From assembly GCA_002269645.1 (NCBI GenBank), contig NIVC01000012.1, forward strand, positions 868,001 through 932,000: a DNA stretch of 64,000 nucleotides, read 5' to 3'. Of the stretch, positions 1-13,400 are shown in pieces (position 1 is the first letter of the stretch; every line of letters starts with the position of its first letter). The notes beneath the pieces were generated by a model. The model had not been told where the DNA came from and searched no databases. It was given only the letters and a program-made list of their open reading frames with translations. The DNA is from Macrostomum lignano (lineage: Eukaryota). A program made the position numbers and the translations under genes.

Positions 1-173
1 ACGTAACGAAAGATTCTGTTTTGTTGCCCTTCTAGTTTTCTTTGAATTTCTGTATTTTTATTTTTACTTATATTGGGAGTCGGGACTTGGGCCTGCTAAA
101 TACAGCTTATGCTCCTAGCTAAACCTCGCGGGACTAGGCCTATCTGTAAAAGTGTAAATTAAATATTTTCGCT

Positions 174-487
174 ATGTATTTCTCCATTCGACCTACCCAT
201 TTTATTTTTCACTTTGCTATTGTTATTTATCGCTATAGTCTCGTGGCTTGTGTTTTAGAGTCCTTTAACAGCAATATATTTCTTAGTGAAAAATTTGCTA
301 GCAATGGCCCTGATGGGCTTAGAACTGCCCATAAAATTTTGTTAAATGACACCAACTTAGACGATGACTATCTTATTCAATTCTTGCATAATAGAATTTT
401 GAACTTGAATTTTCATCAGCATCAATATGGTGATGGTGCTAGGTCTAGTAGTAAGAATATCAATGCATCATATTTTCCTTCACTTTT
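174..487 (+). CDS. Candidate first coding exon of the EDEM2-like gene
   Basis: ATG-started 104-codon frame in AT-rich DNA with a hydrophobic N-terminus. It ends at TT|GTAAGT (488) in phase 2, matching the acceptor at 3086, which would give 684 aa. No homology support. Confidence 0.4.
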
Positions 488-3085
488 GTAAGTATCATTT
501 TAAAATAATTTGATTTAAATGTAAATTATTTTTTTGCTTTTTAACTAGACAATGACATTTTTAATAAAGCAAAGTATTCTTGCATTTTAAAACTAAAAAA
601 ACTAGGCCTAATTCTTAGACCTATTAATATTACTCTGGATCATGTAGTATATGCCCAAAAATTCAGGCATGCATTGGCCTTGTAAGCCAAAAATTAGGCA
701 TGTATAGTTGCAACACTAGCCTAGTCTAGATTTAAGAATATGGATATGCACTTAATTTTTTGGCATTTGTAACTGTCAAATTTTGTTTAGGCATGCACTT
801 AACCTATAGTTCAGAAGGCAACATGTATGCTAGGATTTCCTGGTGTACCAGGGTCAGGATTGTATGCCACTGTACGCTGGAACAAAAATTGCTTCCATAG
901 CTCATGCATGCCAATGTACGCCAACAAACTTTTTATCGCATACAAAAATATGCCAAAATAAAAATTACAAATTACAACTAAACTAATATTAAAAGCTTGC
1001 AAAATTTTAATATTCAAACAACCTATGTTATAACTGAAAATATTTTTACTAAACTGTAGAGAACTAGTTCATTTTAACTATTTTTGTTTTACTTTTACTT
1101 TCTTAGAAAAGTTAAACCCTTTTTTAATTTAGTTTTCTGTTTTTTTTCTTGAAAGGCTGGCTATTCTTTCTGATCAAAATTTTGCTACTGTAACTATATA
1201 AATGGAAACTATGCCAAATGTAAACTTAATCATTTTTGTATGCTAGTCTCAGCAATCTTTATATGCCAAGCTATACACCAAGAGGGCATGCCAGGCGCCT
1301 TTGTACACCAAGTTGTATGCCAATGTGTAATCTAGGTCCCTCTGTACGCTGGAAAATTCCGGCGTACATGTATCCCATTCGGAGTCTGGCCAATGTACAT
1401 ACATGCGCAACACCCCTGATTTACACTGGCCATATGACTTAGTTTTTGACCAAAAATGTGACTTAAAATGTGACCTATGAATAAAACCCTAAAGCAAAAT
1501 TAATGTAGTTTTGGGTAAATAGCAGGAGTAACTGTGACTGTCTTATCAGGCCTAAATGCCTCAGCATCTAATTAGTACTATATTTGTATTTTCTAGGGTG
1601 GCATTTTTGCAACTTACCCCTTGTCCACCACAATTTATGGTGGCCAGATTGGCCAAGTTGGCTAGCAGTTGTGCATGTATGCCGGTGTATAACAAAGATA
1701 CTTGCCATTTTTCAGCATACATCAGCATACATCCCAGCATACATAACACAGTGCAAAAATTTTGGCTTGCATGTCTGACATACCTACATATATATTAAGA
1801 TCAAATAAAGTGACTTTATATAGAATATGCTATATGCAACACTGTCATTACGGAACAAAGAATACTAAAAAAACAAATTTAAACTTTTTTTCTTAAAAAC
1901 AATAAAAAGTATTTAATATGCTTTTTTATAATTGTACTTTCTCATTGCACATTGCAAAAGTGCATAATTTTAAAGTTTGTTACTCTGCATAAATAATAAA
2001 TGAAAAAATGTATGCCAAACAACTTTGGCATATATAGTTGAAAACTTTTTTTAGTCCCTGTATACAAACATGGTCCTGTACTTTTTTTCCTATTGGACTG
2101 GCATATATTAATACACAATCTGATCTATGGCATGTAACATAATCTAGACAAAAGTAGTAATAGTATAAAGTCAAATCAAATGCAAATCCAATATAATAAA
2201 CAATTTTTTTAATTCATTGCTAATATTTTGTATTAGATATAATTGAAAAATTGATAATTTTTATTTAACAATATCTTGCCAATTTCTTTCTAGAAATACT
2301 AAGGTCCATAGTCGAAAACTTTTGTTATTCCTAATATATAAACATGGTTCTGTACTTTTTCTTTTAATAACCAAATTAAAATTATAAACTGAATTGACAC
2401 TGTTATTAATGAAAAAAGTTTTCATTTTCCTGATGAAACTACCTTAAAAGGACCTTGGTATTTAAATATTTAGTACCTGTAAAACCAAAATTTTCTTTAC
2501 AAAATTAATCTATGATAGCTTATTTTATTAAAATCTTTTTCAAAAAAATTAATCAAAGTTAGTTGAATAGTTTAGCAATATAATCTATTATACAAAGCAA
2601 ACCATAAATAGCCATTAATTACTTTACTATATTGTAAATAGAAATATAAAAATGTAAGCAAATGATTACTTTTTTATTTCATCAAATCCATATTATTGAT
2701 ATAATAGACTTACACAATACATCATGGATTTGTTTAGCAATGTCACCTTTGTTCCTGACCAATTCTAGAGGTGCACATCGTGCTTTCTATAGGTGGCCTA
2801 AATAGTGTAATTTTTATTGTAGATCCAAACTTGGCTAGTCTACTACTTTAGTATTGTGTTATTACCATTTTAAAAGATGAAATGATTTAACAATATTTGT
2901 TTATTTATTTTTGGTTTTTTATATGATGAAATTTACTTAGCAATTGTATATATAATTTTGACTTTGATTTTTATAATTATGCTAATTAATTAAAAAATAT
3001 AAAAACTTTGTCTATATTAACTGAATCAAATCTAATCCCTAATGATTGACTCAGTAAATTCAAGATATTTTTATTTATAATTTAG

Positions 3086-6000
3086 ATCAAAGAAGATCAA
3101 TGCTGCAATAGAGCTACTAAAAGAAGTACAAAGCCCCAGGGCTTTGCCAAAGCATGACCTTGGTGAACTTAGGTAAGGGTTTTTTATTTATTGATACTCT
3201 TCCAAATTATTTGATAATTTACCAACCTAATCATGAAATCCGCCATTCACATTCCCAAATAATGTGACCTGCCATTCACATTCCCAAATCATGTGACCTG
3301 CCATTAACATTCCCAAATAATGTGACCTGCCATTCACATTCCCAAATCATGTGACCTGCCATTCATATTCCTAAATCATGCTATCTACGATTCACATTCC
3401 CAAATCATGTAACCTGCCATTCATATTCCCAAATCCTCTGATCTATGATTCATATTCCTAAATAATGTTGTCTACCATTCACATTCCAAAATCGTGCGAA
3501 CTGCCATTCACATTCCCAAATCATGTAACCTGCCATTCACATTCACAAATAATAATGTAACCTTCCATTCACATTCCCAAGTCATGCCATCTATGATTCA
3601 CAATCACATTCCCAAATAATGTGATCTACCATTTACTTTCTCGAATATGTGATCTGCCATTCACATTCCCAAATCATGCCATCTATGATTCACAATCACA
3701 TACCCAAATCATGTGATCTACCATTCACATTCTCGAATATGTAATCTGCCATTCACATTCCCAAATCATGTGATCTTCCACCTCATAATCAACAAATCAG
3801 CAATAAAATTTCCTAGCTCTAACTGTACTTGACAAAATTTCAACTGATAAATACTTTCTTCCATTCCAAATTCCCATATGTCAGGGACCGCGTCCAGTCC
3901 ATGTTCTATCACGCATACAATGGCTATATGCGATATGCTTATCCGCGCGACGAGCTACGGCCTCTAAGCTGCACTGGTGCGGACACCTGGGGCGCTTATT
4001 CCCTCACTCTGGTAGACGCTCTGGACTCCCTGGTGCTGCTTGGCAACTACAGCGAATTCCAACGGGCGGCTGACTTACTGCTGAGACAATTGGATCCTCT
4101 GGCCAATGTTAACGTATCCGTGTTTGAGACTAATATCCGTATTGTTGGCGGCCTGCTCTCTGCTCACCTGTTGAGCAATCAGGCAGGATATGCTAATGGC
4201 GACGGCTGGCCCTGCTCGGGTCCGTTGCTGGCCATGGCGGAACGGTTTGCTAGGCGACTTCTGCCAGCCTTTGCCACCGCCACTGGCATGCCCTATGGCA
4301 CCGTCAACTTGCTGCATGGTATGGAATTCATGGGCTTGTTTCATTTTAGCGTCACGGGCTAGATTTTAGCGCCATATGCTAGATTTTAGCGCCACAGGCT
4401 AGATTCAAACGCCACTGACGAGATTCAAGCGCCGCGCCACAGACTAGGTTTTAGCGCCACTGGCTAAATTTCAGCGCCACAAATTAGATTTTAGCGCCAC
4501 TGGCTAGATTTCAGCGCCACAAATTAGATTTTAGCGCCACTGACGAGATTCAAGCGCCGCGCCAGACTAGATTTTAGCGCCACTGACTAGATTTTAGCGC
4601 CAAAGGCTAGATTTCAGCGCCACTGACTAGATTTTAGCGTCAAAGGCTAGATTTCAGCCACTGACTAGATTTTAGCGCCAAAGGCTAGATTTTAGCGCCA
4701 CTGACTAGATTTTAGCGTCAAAGGCTAGATTTCAGCCACTGACTAGATTTTAGCGCCAAAGGCTAGATTTTAGCGCCACTGACTAGATTTCAGCGCCACT
4801 GACTAGATTTCAGCGCCACTGACTAGATTTCAGCGCCACAGACTAGATTTCAGCGCCACAGACTAGATTTCAGCGCCACTGACTAGATTTCAGCGCCACT
4901 GACTAGATTTCAGCGCCACAGACTAGATTTCAGCGCCACAAAGTAGCTTCGTTTGACGTTTAGCGTCGTGATTTCGGCTCTGTTTCGCTAGACAAATAAG
5001 ATTTTAAACAATTTATACAATTAATAGCCTACAAATGCACCAATACTTAGATTGTTTTGGCTTGATTGAATGTTCGAATAAATTTTAACAAAATACAATA
5101 AAATTATTACTTCAAAATTTTACTCACTTCTATTTTAATTTTATACTACTTACATTTGGTCCTAAGAGTAGTTAAGAAGTAAATTAAATGAATTTTTACT
5201 TAAAGGCGTCCCACCTGGCGAGACGCCGGTCGCTTGCACCGCCTGCGTTGGCACTCTGCTAGTGGAATTTGGCGCATTGAGTCGATTAACTGGCGATCCT
5301 GCGTTTGAGTCTGCGGCGATGCGCGCCGTTCGCGCTTTGCACTCGTTGCGCAGCCCGCTTGGCCTGGTTGGCAACCACGTGGATGTGCAGCGTGGCCGCT
5401 GGACCGCCCTGGACGCTGGTATTGGCAGCGCCGTGGACTCTTACTTTGAGTATCTGGTCAAGGCTGGGGTGCTGCTGCAGCGGCCGGAGCTTGTGAGCAT
5501 GTTTAATGGTAAGCCAGGTGGACTGGCTGTGATTCTTTTTGTTTGGTTGACACATGGATAGTGACAGCCGGATAGAGTGACACACGGGTGTGACACACAG
5601 TGACATGGATAGAGTGACACACGGATAGAGTGACACATGGATAGAGTGACACACGGATAGAGTGACACATGGATAGAGTGACACACGGATAGAGTGACAC
5701 ATGGATATAGTGACACACAGGTGTGACACAGATAGAGTGACACAATGATAGAGTGACATGGATAGAGTGACACACGGATAGAGTGACACATGGATAGAGT
5801 GACACATGGATAGAGTGACACATGGATAGAATGACACAGAGATAGAGTGACACTCTAAGAGATAAAGTTAGAGATTAAGTGAATAATTAATGTACATTTT
5901 AGGCTACAAAGACGCCTACAACAAGCACGTTCGCATGGACGACTGGTACTTCTGGGTGCACATGGACAAGGGCCATCTGACCAGTCCTGTGTTCCAAAGT

Positions 6001-8581
6001 TTAGACGCTTTCTGGCCTGGCGTACTGAGTCTAGTTGGGGACACTGACCAGGCCTTGCGCACTCTGCATAATTATCATCAGGTGAGTTGGAAACTTACGG
6101 TTGTTTAGCAATCAATGGGCTCCTCCCAATCCACCTGGTTATTCATCGCGCAGGTTTGGAAGGCTCACGGCTCTCTGCCAGAGTTCTACAGCGTGCCAAA
6201 GTCGCAGCCGGTGCCGGGCCGAGAGGCCTACCCACTGCGGCCGGAGCTCATTGAGAGTATCTACTATTTGCATAGGGCCACTGGCGATCCAGCTGTGCTG
6301 CAGATGGGCGTTGATGTGCTGTATTCCATTGAGACTATGGCTAGGACTGACTGCGGTTTCGCTACCGTGAGTAGGGAGATGGGGTCTATGAGTAGGTAGA
6401 TGGGCATCTGTGAGTAGGGAGATGGGGATCTGTGAGTAGGGAGATGGCGATCTAGGGAGATGGGGATCTGTGAGTATAGAGATGAGGATCTGTGAGTAGG
6501 GAGATGGGGATCTGTGAGTAGGGAGATGAGGATCTGTGAGTAGGGAGATGGGGATCTGTGAGTAGGGAGATGGGGATCTGTGAGTAGGGAGATGAGGATC
6601 TGTGAGTAGGGAGATGGGGATCTGTGAGTAGGGAGATGAGGATCTGTGAGTAGGGAGATGGGGATCTGTGAGTAGGGAGATGAGGATCTGTGAGTAGGGA
6701 GATGTGGATCTGTGAGTAGGGAGATGAGGATCTGTGAGTAGGGAGATGGGGATCTGTGAGTAGGGAGATGGGGATCTGTGAGTAGGGAGATGAGGATCTG
6801 TGAGTAGGGAGATGTGGATCTGTGAGTAGGGAGATGAGGATCTGTGAGTAGGGAGATGGGGATCTGTGAGTAGGGAGATGGGGATCTGTGAGTAGGGAGA
6901 TGGCGATCTAGGGAGATGGGGATCTGTGAGTATAGAGATGAGGATCTGTGAGTAGGGAGATGGGGATCTGTGAGTAGGGAGATGAGGATCTGTGAGTATA
7001 GAGATGAGGATCTGTGAGTAGGGAGATGAGGATCTGTGAGTATAGAGATGAGGATCTGTGAGTATAGAGATGAGGATCTGTGAGTAGGGAGATGGGGATC
7101 TGTGAGTATAGAGATGTGGATCTGTGAGTATAGAGATGAGGATCTGTGAGTAGGGAGATGAGGATCTGTGAGTATAGAGATGAGGATCTGTGAGTATAGA
7201 GATGAGGATCTGTGAGTATAGAGATGAGGATCTGTGAATAGGGAGATGAGGATCTGTGAGTAGGGAGATGAGGATCTGTGAGTATAGAGATGAGGATCTG
7301 TGAGTATAGAGATGAGGATCTGTGAGTATAGAGATGTGGATCTGTGAGTATAGAGATGAGGATCTGTGAGTAGGGAGATGAGGATCTGTGAGTATAGAGA
7401 TGAAGATCTGTGAGTATAGAGATGAGGATCTGTGAGTAGGGAGATGAGGATCTGTGAGTATAGAGATGAGGATCTGTGAGTATAGAGATGGGGATCTGTG
7501 AGTATAGAGATGTGGATCTGTGAGTATAGAGATGAGGATCTGTGAGTAGGGAGATGAGGATCTGTGAGTAGGGAGATGAGGATCTGTGAGTAGGGAGATG
7601 GGGATCTGTGAGTATAGAGATGGGGATCTGTGAGTATAGAGATGTGGATCTGTGAGTATAGAGATGAGGATCTGTGAGTATAGAGATGAGGATCTGTGAG
7701 TAGGGAGATGTGGATCTGTGAGTATAGAGATGAGGATCTGTGAGTATAGAGATGAGGATCTGTGAGTAGGGAGATGAGGATCTGTGAGTATAGAGATGAG
7801 GATCTGTGAGTATAGAGATGAGGATCTGTGAGTATAGAGATGAGGATCTGTGAGTATAGAGATGAGGATCTGTGAGTAGGGAGATGAGGATCTGTGAGTA
7901 GGGAGATAGGGATCTGTGAGTAGGGAGAAGAGGATCTATGAGAATAGAGATGAGGATCTGTGAGTAGGGAAATGGGGATCTGTGAGAATAGAGATGAGGA
8001 TCTGTGAGTAGGGAGATGGGGATCTGTGAGTAAAATCCCCACTGCCAATTGCTCAGGTAAGCAACGTGCTTCACCACAGCCTGGAGGATCGCATGGAGTC
8101 ATTCTTCCTAGCCGAGACTGTGAAATATTTGTACCTGCTGTTCACACCCGACCACTTTCTGCACACGGCCTCTCGCACTGGCGGATACTCGGTTCAAACG
8201 CCGCGAGGCACCTGCAGAGTCTGGTCCGGCACTCACGTGTTCAACACCGAGGCCCATCCTATTGATGCCGCCTGTCTCGACTGCTGCCACTCGCCCAGGC
8301 CAGCCGAGGCCTCCCAGATCGATCTAGTAGAAGTCCTTGGACTTGGATTGGAAGCCCAAGATGAAGACTGGCTAGTCGCAGCTGCTGACCGATTAGGTGG
8401 CAATCGGGATGACGATTCCGCCCCGATAAATGAACAATCATTTGACGCCAGTGATGATAAAAATTCCACAATGTCATCATCCGAATCGGCAGCAGCTAAC
8501 AGATTCGAACTCCTGACCTGCCCTACTCCACCGTTTCATCAACGTTTAACTGTGCACGGTCAAGTCCTGCCGGATAATTGA
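3086..8581 (+). CDS. EDEM2: EDEM2-like ER degradation-enhancing alpha-mannosidase (GH47), spliced; exons 3086-3172, 3885-4318, 5206-5508, 5903-6081, 6154-6366, 8057-8581
   Basis: All introns are GT-AG and the phases join into one frame. GH47 motifs: [74 protein letters not shown]. No PA domain or KDEL, so EDEM2 rather than EDEM3. Start codon lies upstream. Confidence 0.92.
3242..3778. repeat. Intronic minisatellite, ~29-bp unit GCCATTCACATTCCCAAATCATGTGACCT
   Basis: Direct tandem periodicity, diverged copies. Confidence 0.9.
4345..4945. repeat. Intronic minisatellite, 20-bp unit GACTAGATTT(T/C)AGCGCCAC(T/A)
   Basis: Direct tandem periodicity. Confidence 0.92.
5555..5852. repeat. Intronic minisatellite, 16-bp unit GGATAGAGTGACACA(C/T)
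   Basis: Direct tandem periodicity. Confidence 0.92.
6367..8031. repeat. Intronic minisatellite, 22-bp unit GTGAGTA(G/T)(G/A)GAGATG(A/G)GGATCT, ~75 copies, filling almost the whole last EDEM2 intron
   Basis: Starts exactly at the 5' splice site (6367) and ends 25 nt before the exon at 8057. Confidence 0.95.
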
Positions 8582-9139
8582 CAGACTTTACAGATTTTGT
8601 TGATTATTGTTATAAAATTTGCGCATTAGCCTACTAATAGCAAACTGGCAAATGACGTGAAAATGTTGCAAAATCAAATTTAAAATATATAATTGCATAG
8701 CAACCAATTTAAATGAATAATTAATCGATTAGTTTTTTATATTTTTAATTAATTATTCGGGTTAAATGGTCGTTAGTAAGTACATCGCGCATTCAAGCAC
8801 GTTTGCGGAGGAAAAAGTTGTTAGAAAAATAGTCTAGTGCGTTTCTTGGCAAAAAATTCAATCATAATGGAAGCATAAATATTATTATTGGAAACTATAG
8901 CGTCTTTAGAAATTTGATTTAGCACCAAGTTTACAATGCCGCATTTGAGAGCCAAATTACAGGCAACTTGCACAGAAAGTTAATTGTGGCCTTTTATGAT
9001 TGGGTGTACTTTACTTAACGGTCTATAGTGCATGTACTTATACAGTATGGGTTCAAGGGTGCATGCGGTATTGTAGCCAATGTTTAACATGTTCACGATA
9101 CCAGCTTAACAACAGATCGGGTTATTATTCTCTGGGGGT

Positions 9140-10190
9140 TTGGGGCGATTCTCAGTGGATTAAAGGGGCGATTCTCAGTGTGGATTGGGGCGATTCTCAG
9201 TGTGGATTGGGGCCATTCTCAGTGTGGATTGGGGCCATTCTCATCGTGGATTGGGGCGATTCTCAGTGTGGATTGGGGCCATTCTCAGTGTGGATTGGGG
9301 CCATTCTCATCGTGGATTGGGGCCATTCTCAGTGTGAATTGGGGCGATTCTCAGTGTGGATTGGGGCCATTCTCAGTGTGGATTGGGGCCATTCTCAGTG
9401 TGGATTGGGGCCATTCTCAGTGTGGATTGGGGCCATTCTCAGTGTGGATTGGGGCCATTCTCAGTGTGGATTGGGGCGATTCTCAGTGTGGATTGGGGCG
9501 ATTCTCAGTGTGAATTGGGGCGATTCTCAGTGTGGATTGGGGCCATTCTCAGTGTGGATTGGGGCCATTCTCATCGTGGATTGGGGCCATTCTCAGTGTG
9601 GATTGGGGCCATTCTCAGTGTGGATTGGGGCCATTCTCAGTGTGGATTGGGGCCATTCTCAGTGTGGATTGGGGCCATTCTCATCGTGGATTGGGGCGAT
9701 TCTCAGTGTGGATTGGGGCCAATCTCATCGTGGATTGGGGCCATTCTCAGTGTGGATTGGGGCCATTCTCATCGTGGATTGGGGCCATTCTCAGTGTGGA
9801 TTGGGGCCATTCTCAGTGTGGATTGGGGCCATTCTCATCGTGGATTGGGGCGATTCTCAGTGTGGATTGGGGCCATTCTCATCGTGGATTGGGGCCATTC
9901 TCAGTGTGGATTGGGGCCATTCTCAGTGTGGATTGGGGCCATTCTCAGTGTGATTGGGGCCATTCTCAGTGTGATTGGGGCCATTCTCAGTGTGATTGGG
10001 GCCATTCTCAGTGGTGGATTGTTGCGATTCTCGGTGTAGTTTGGGGGCGATTCTCGGTGTGGATTGGGGGCGATTCTCATCGTGGATTGGTGGCGATTCT
10101 CAGTGTGGATTGGGGGCGATTCTCAGTAGTTCAACTGGGGGCGATTTTGAGTAGTTGAATTGGGATGATTCTGAGTGGATTGGGAGCGAT
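9140..10190. repeat. Minisatellite, 22-bp unit GGGGCCATTCTCAGTGTGGATT, between the two convergent genes
   Basis: Direct tandem periodicity. Confidence 0.95.
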
Positions 10191-10492
10191 TCTCTAGCAT
10201 ATAGCTCGTACATGTACATGTAGTTAACATACTACTGGGGGTTAACATGCACAGGGGCAGCTGCGTGCATATTTTACATGTAACATCACAATCACAATGG
10301 AGGCATTTCCTCTCAATCACGTGTACATCTCCGTGATGACATTTTAAAGCTACAAGTTTACAACGTGTTCGGCAAAAAAAATACCGAGGTGCATGTACCA
10401 AGAATACCATTCGAGCATGATCGAGCACATCTCAAGCACTATTCGATAGCAGGCAAACTCTAAAATTAGGAAGTAATGAGCTCCAATTCTAT

Positions 10493-13400
10493 CTATCTCT
10501 TGTCTTCCGTTGATGCACCAGTCGCTGAACTTGCCGATGCCACAGCTTCCACGTCCTCATCTTCCTTGAATAGTGGATTGCGGACTTCCATCTCCTTGGT
10601 CTGTTAATGAGGTTTGCGGCGGTAACTGTGTCTTTGAAGTTTGCAAGCTGCAGCGTGTCAGTCGTTTAATCAGAAGAAATCACTTTTTAAACAGAACTTT
10701 AAATATTTTGCGGTCGGTGACATCCGTAACTGAGTATCTGGTGGGACGCTGGCCCAGCAACTGAGGATCTGGAAGGCTGGTGGTCCAGCAACTGAGGACC
10801 TGGGAGGCTGCATGGTGGCCCAGAAAATGAGGATCTGGGAGGCTGGCCCAGAAACTGAGGATCTGGGAGGCTGGCCCAGAAACTGAGGATCTGGGAGGCT
10901 GGCCCAGAAACTGAGGATCTGGGAGGCTGGCCCATCAAGCTCGGGATCTGGGAGGCTGGCCCAGAAACTGAGGATCTGGGCGGCTGGCACAGCAACTGAG
11001 GATCTGGGAGGCTGGCACAGCAACTGAGGATCTGGGCGGCTGGCACAGCAACTGAGGATCTGGGAGGCTGGCCCAGCAACTGAGGATCTGAGAGGCTGGC
11101 ACAGCAACTGAGGATCTGAGAGGCTGGCACAGCAACTGAGGATCTGGGAGGCTGGCACAGCAACTGAGGATCTGGGCGGCTGGCACAGCAACTGAGGATC
11201 TGGGAGGCTGGCACAGCAACTGAGGATCTGAGAGGCTGGCACAGCAACTGAGGATCTGAGAGGCTGGCCCAGCAACTGAGGATCTGGGAGGCTGGCACAG
11301 CAACTGAGGATCTGGGCGGCTGGCACAGCAACTGAGGATCTGGGAGGCTGGCACAGCAACTGAGGATCTGGGCGGCTGGCACAGCAACTGAGGATCTGGG
11401 AGGCTGGCACAGCAACTGAGGATCTGAGAGGCTGGCCCAGCAACTGAGGATCTGAGAGGCTGGCACAGCAACTGAGGATCTGGGAGGCTGGCACAGCAAC
11501 TGAGGATCTGGGCGGCTGGCACAGCAACTGAGGATCTGGGAGGCTGGCACAGCAACTGAGGATCTGGGCGGCTGGCACAGCAACTGAGGATCTGGGCGGC
11601 TGGCCCAGCAACTGAGGATCTGAGAGGCTGGTACAGCAACTGAGGATCTGGGCGGCTGGCCCAGCAAGTGAGGATCTCGGAGGGTTTGAATGACAAGCCG
11701 ATGGCTTAATTCCAAAGCTGATTAAAAGGTAATAAATTTATTCAATTTTTCAATTTCTTTCGGTGGTAAATCACACTTTATTAAGATGTGAAAATCCTCA
11801 AAGCGACTCACCGTGGCCAGCCCGGGGCACTCGTACACTGTGAAGTCCGCTTCGTCATTCTCCAAATCTGAGTCGTCGTCAGACATGTCCCGCTGCAGGT
11901 CGCTGTTGGATCTGCATAGAGTGAATTGCTGAGCTTCATGAGAGTAGGTAAGTGATTCGGGATTTGTATTTAATGATAACAGTCGCCCTATTATAAACAT
12001 TGGAAACCCTGATGTACTCGCAACTACATTATCTGCAGCTTGACATCCCAGATCATCAGTTTCTGAGCCTGAGCCAGCCTCCCAGATCCCCAGTTGCTGG
12101 GTCAGCCTCCCAGATCCCCAGTTGCTGGCCACCAGCCTCCCAGATCCCCAGTTGCTGGGCCAGCCTCCCAGATCCCCAGTTGCTGGGCCAGCCTCCCAGA
12201 TCCCCAGTTGCTGGGCCACCAGCCTCCCAGATCCCCAGTTGCTGGCAACCAGCCTCCCAGATCCCCAGTTGCTGGGCCAGCCTCCCAGATCCTCAGTTTC
12301 TGGGCCAGCCTCCCAGATCCCCAGTTGCTGGGCCGCCACCAGCCTTCCAGATCCCCAGTTGCTGGCCACCAGCCTCCCAGATCCCCAGTTGCTGGGCCAC
12401 CAGCCTCCCAGATCCCCAGTTGCTGGCAACCAGCCTCCCAGATCCCCAGTTGCTGGGCCAGCCTCCCAGATCCTCAGTTTCTGGGCCAGCCTCCCAGATC
12501 CCCAGTTGCTGGGCCAGCCTCCCAGATCCCCAGTTGCTGGGCCAGCCTCCCAGATCCCCAGTTGCTGGGCCACCAGCCTCCCAGATCCTCAGTTGCTGGG
12601 CCAGCCTCCCAGATCCCCAGTTGCTGGGCCACCAGCCTCCGAGATCCCCAGTTGCTGGGCCACCAGTCTTCCAGATCCCCCGTTTCTGTGCCAGCCTCCC
12701 AGATCCTTAGCAGACAATCCGCAAACAAGCAGGTCCCACTTGCCTTTCCATCGCCAGCATCTGTTGTTTCTGATGCTGATAATGGTACATCTGCGCACTC
12801 AACGCCAACTTTCCGTCTCCTGCGCTGCCGCTTGTCTGCGCAGCGTAATCGGGATTGATGTAGGGTTTTTCCGCCGCCTGCCTACCGGAGCTGGTGTATC
12901 TGGAGAGGCGATTTTGAGAAAAAAATATTAAATCTATGCATGCCAAATCTCGTTTAAAAATATAGCCACATAAAAGTACTCATTGAATTGAAAGAGACTT
13001 CTTACATGTAGACACAGACGGCGCAGAATATGATTAGTAAGATGCCCAGGCCGCTGGCGGCTCCGACAATGACTGAAATTTTGCGAAATATTACTTTCTA
13101 TTTAGTCTGTATAATTAGGGTGTGAAACTGAAAAATATCGTTTAGTTGACTGGCTGTTGCAATGGACCAATAATTAAAGGACTGGGGGTTGCAACGGATC
13201 GATAATTAAAGGACTGGGGGTTGCAATTGATCGATAATTAAAGGACTAAGGGTTGCAATGGATCGATAATTAAAGGACTGGGGGTTGCAATTGATCGATA
13301 ATTAAAGGACTGGGGGTTGCAATGGATCGATAATTAAAGGACTGGGGGTTGCAATGGATCGATAATTAAAGGACTAAGGGTTGCAATGGATCGATAATTA

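Noticed and set aside
6264-8102. 612-aa and 389-aa minus-strand ORFs
   Set aside because: Stop-free translations of the 22-bp array, antisense to an EDEM2 intron.
9000-12931. Many 200-340-aa ORFs on both strands
   Set aside because: All are translations of the 22-bp and 28-bp arrays; the real exons here are short and identified by NPDC1 motifs.
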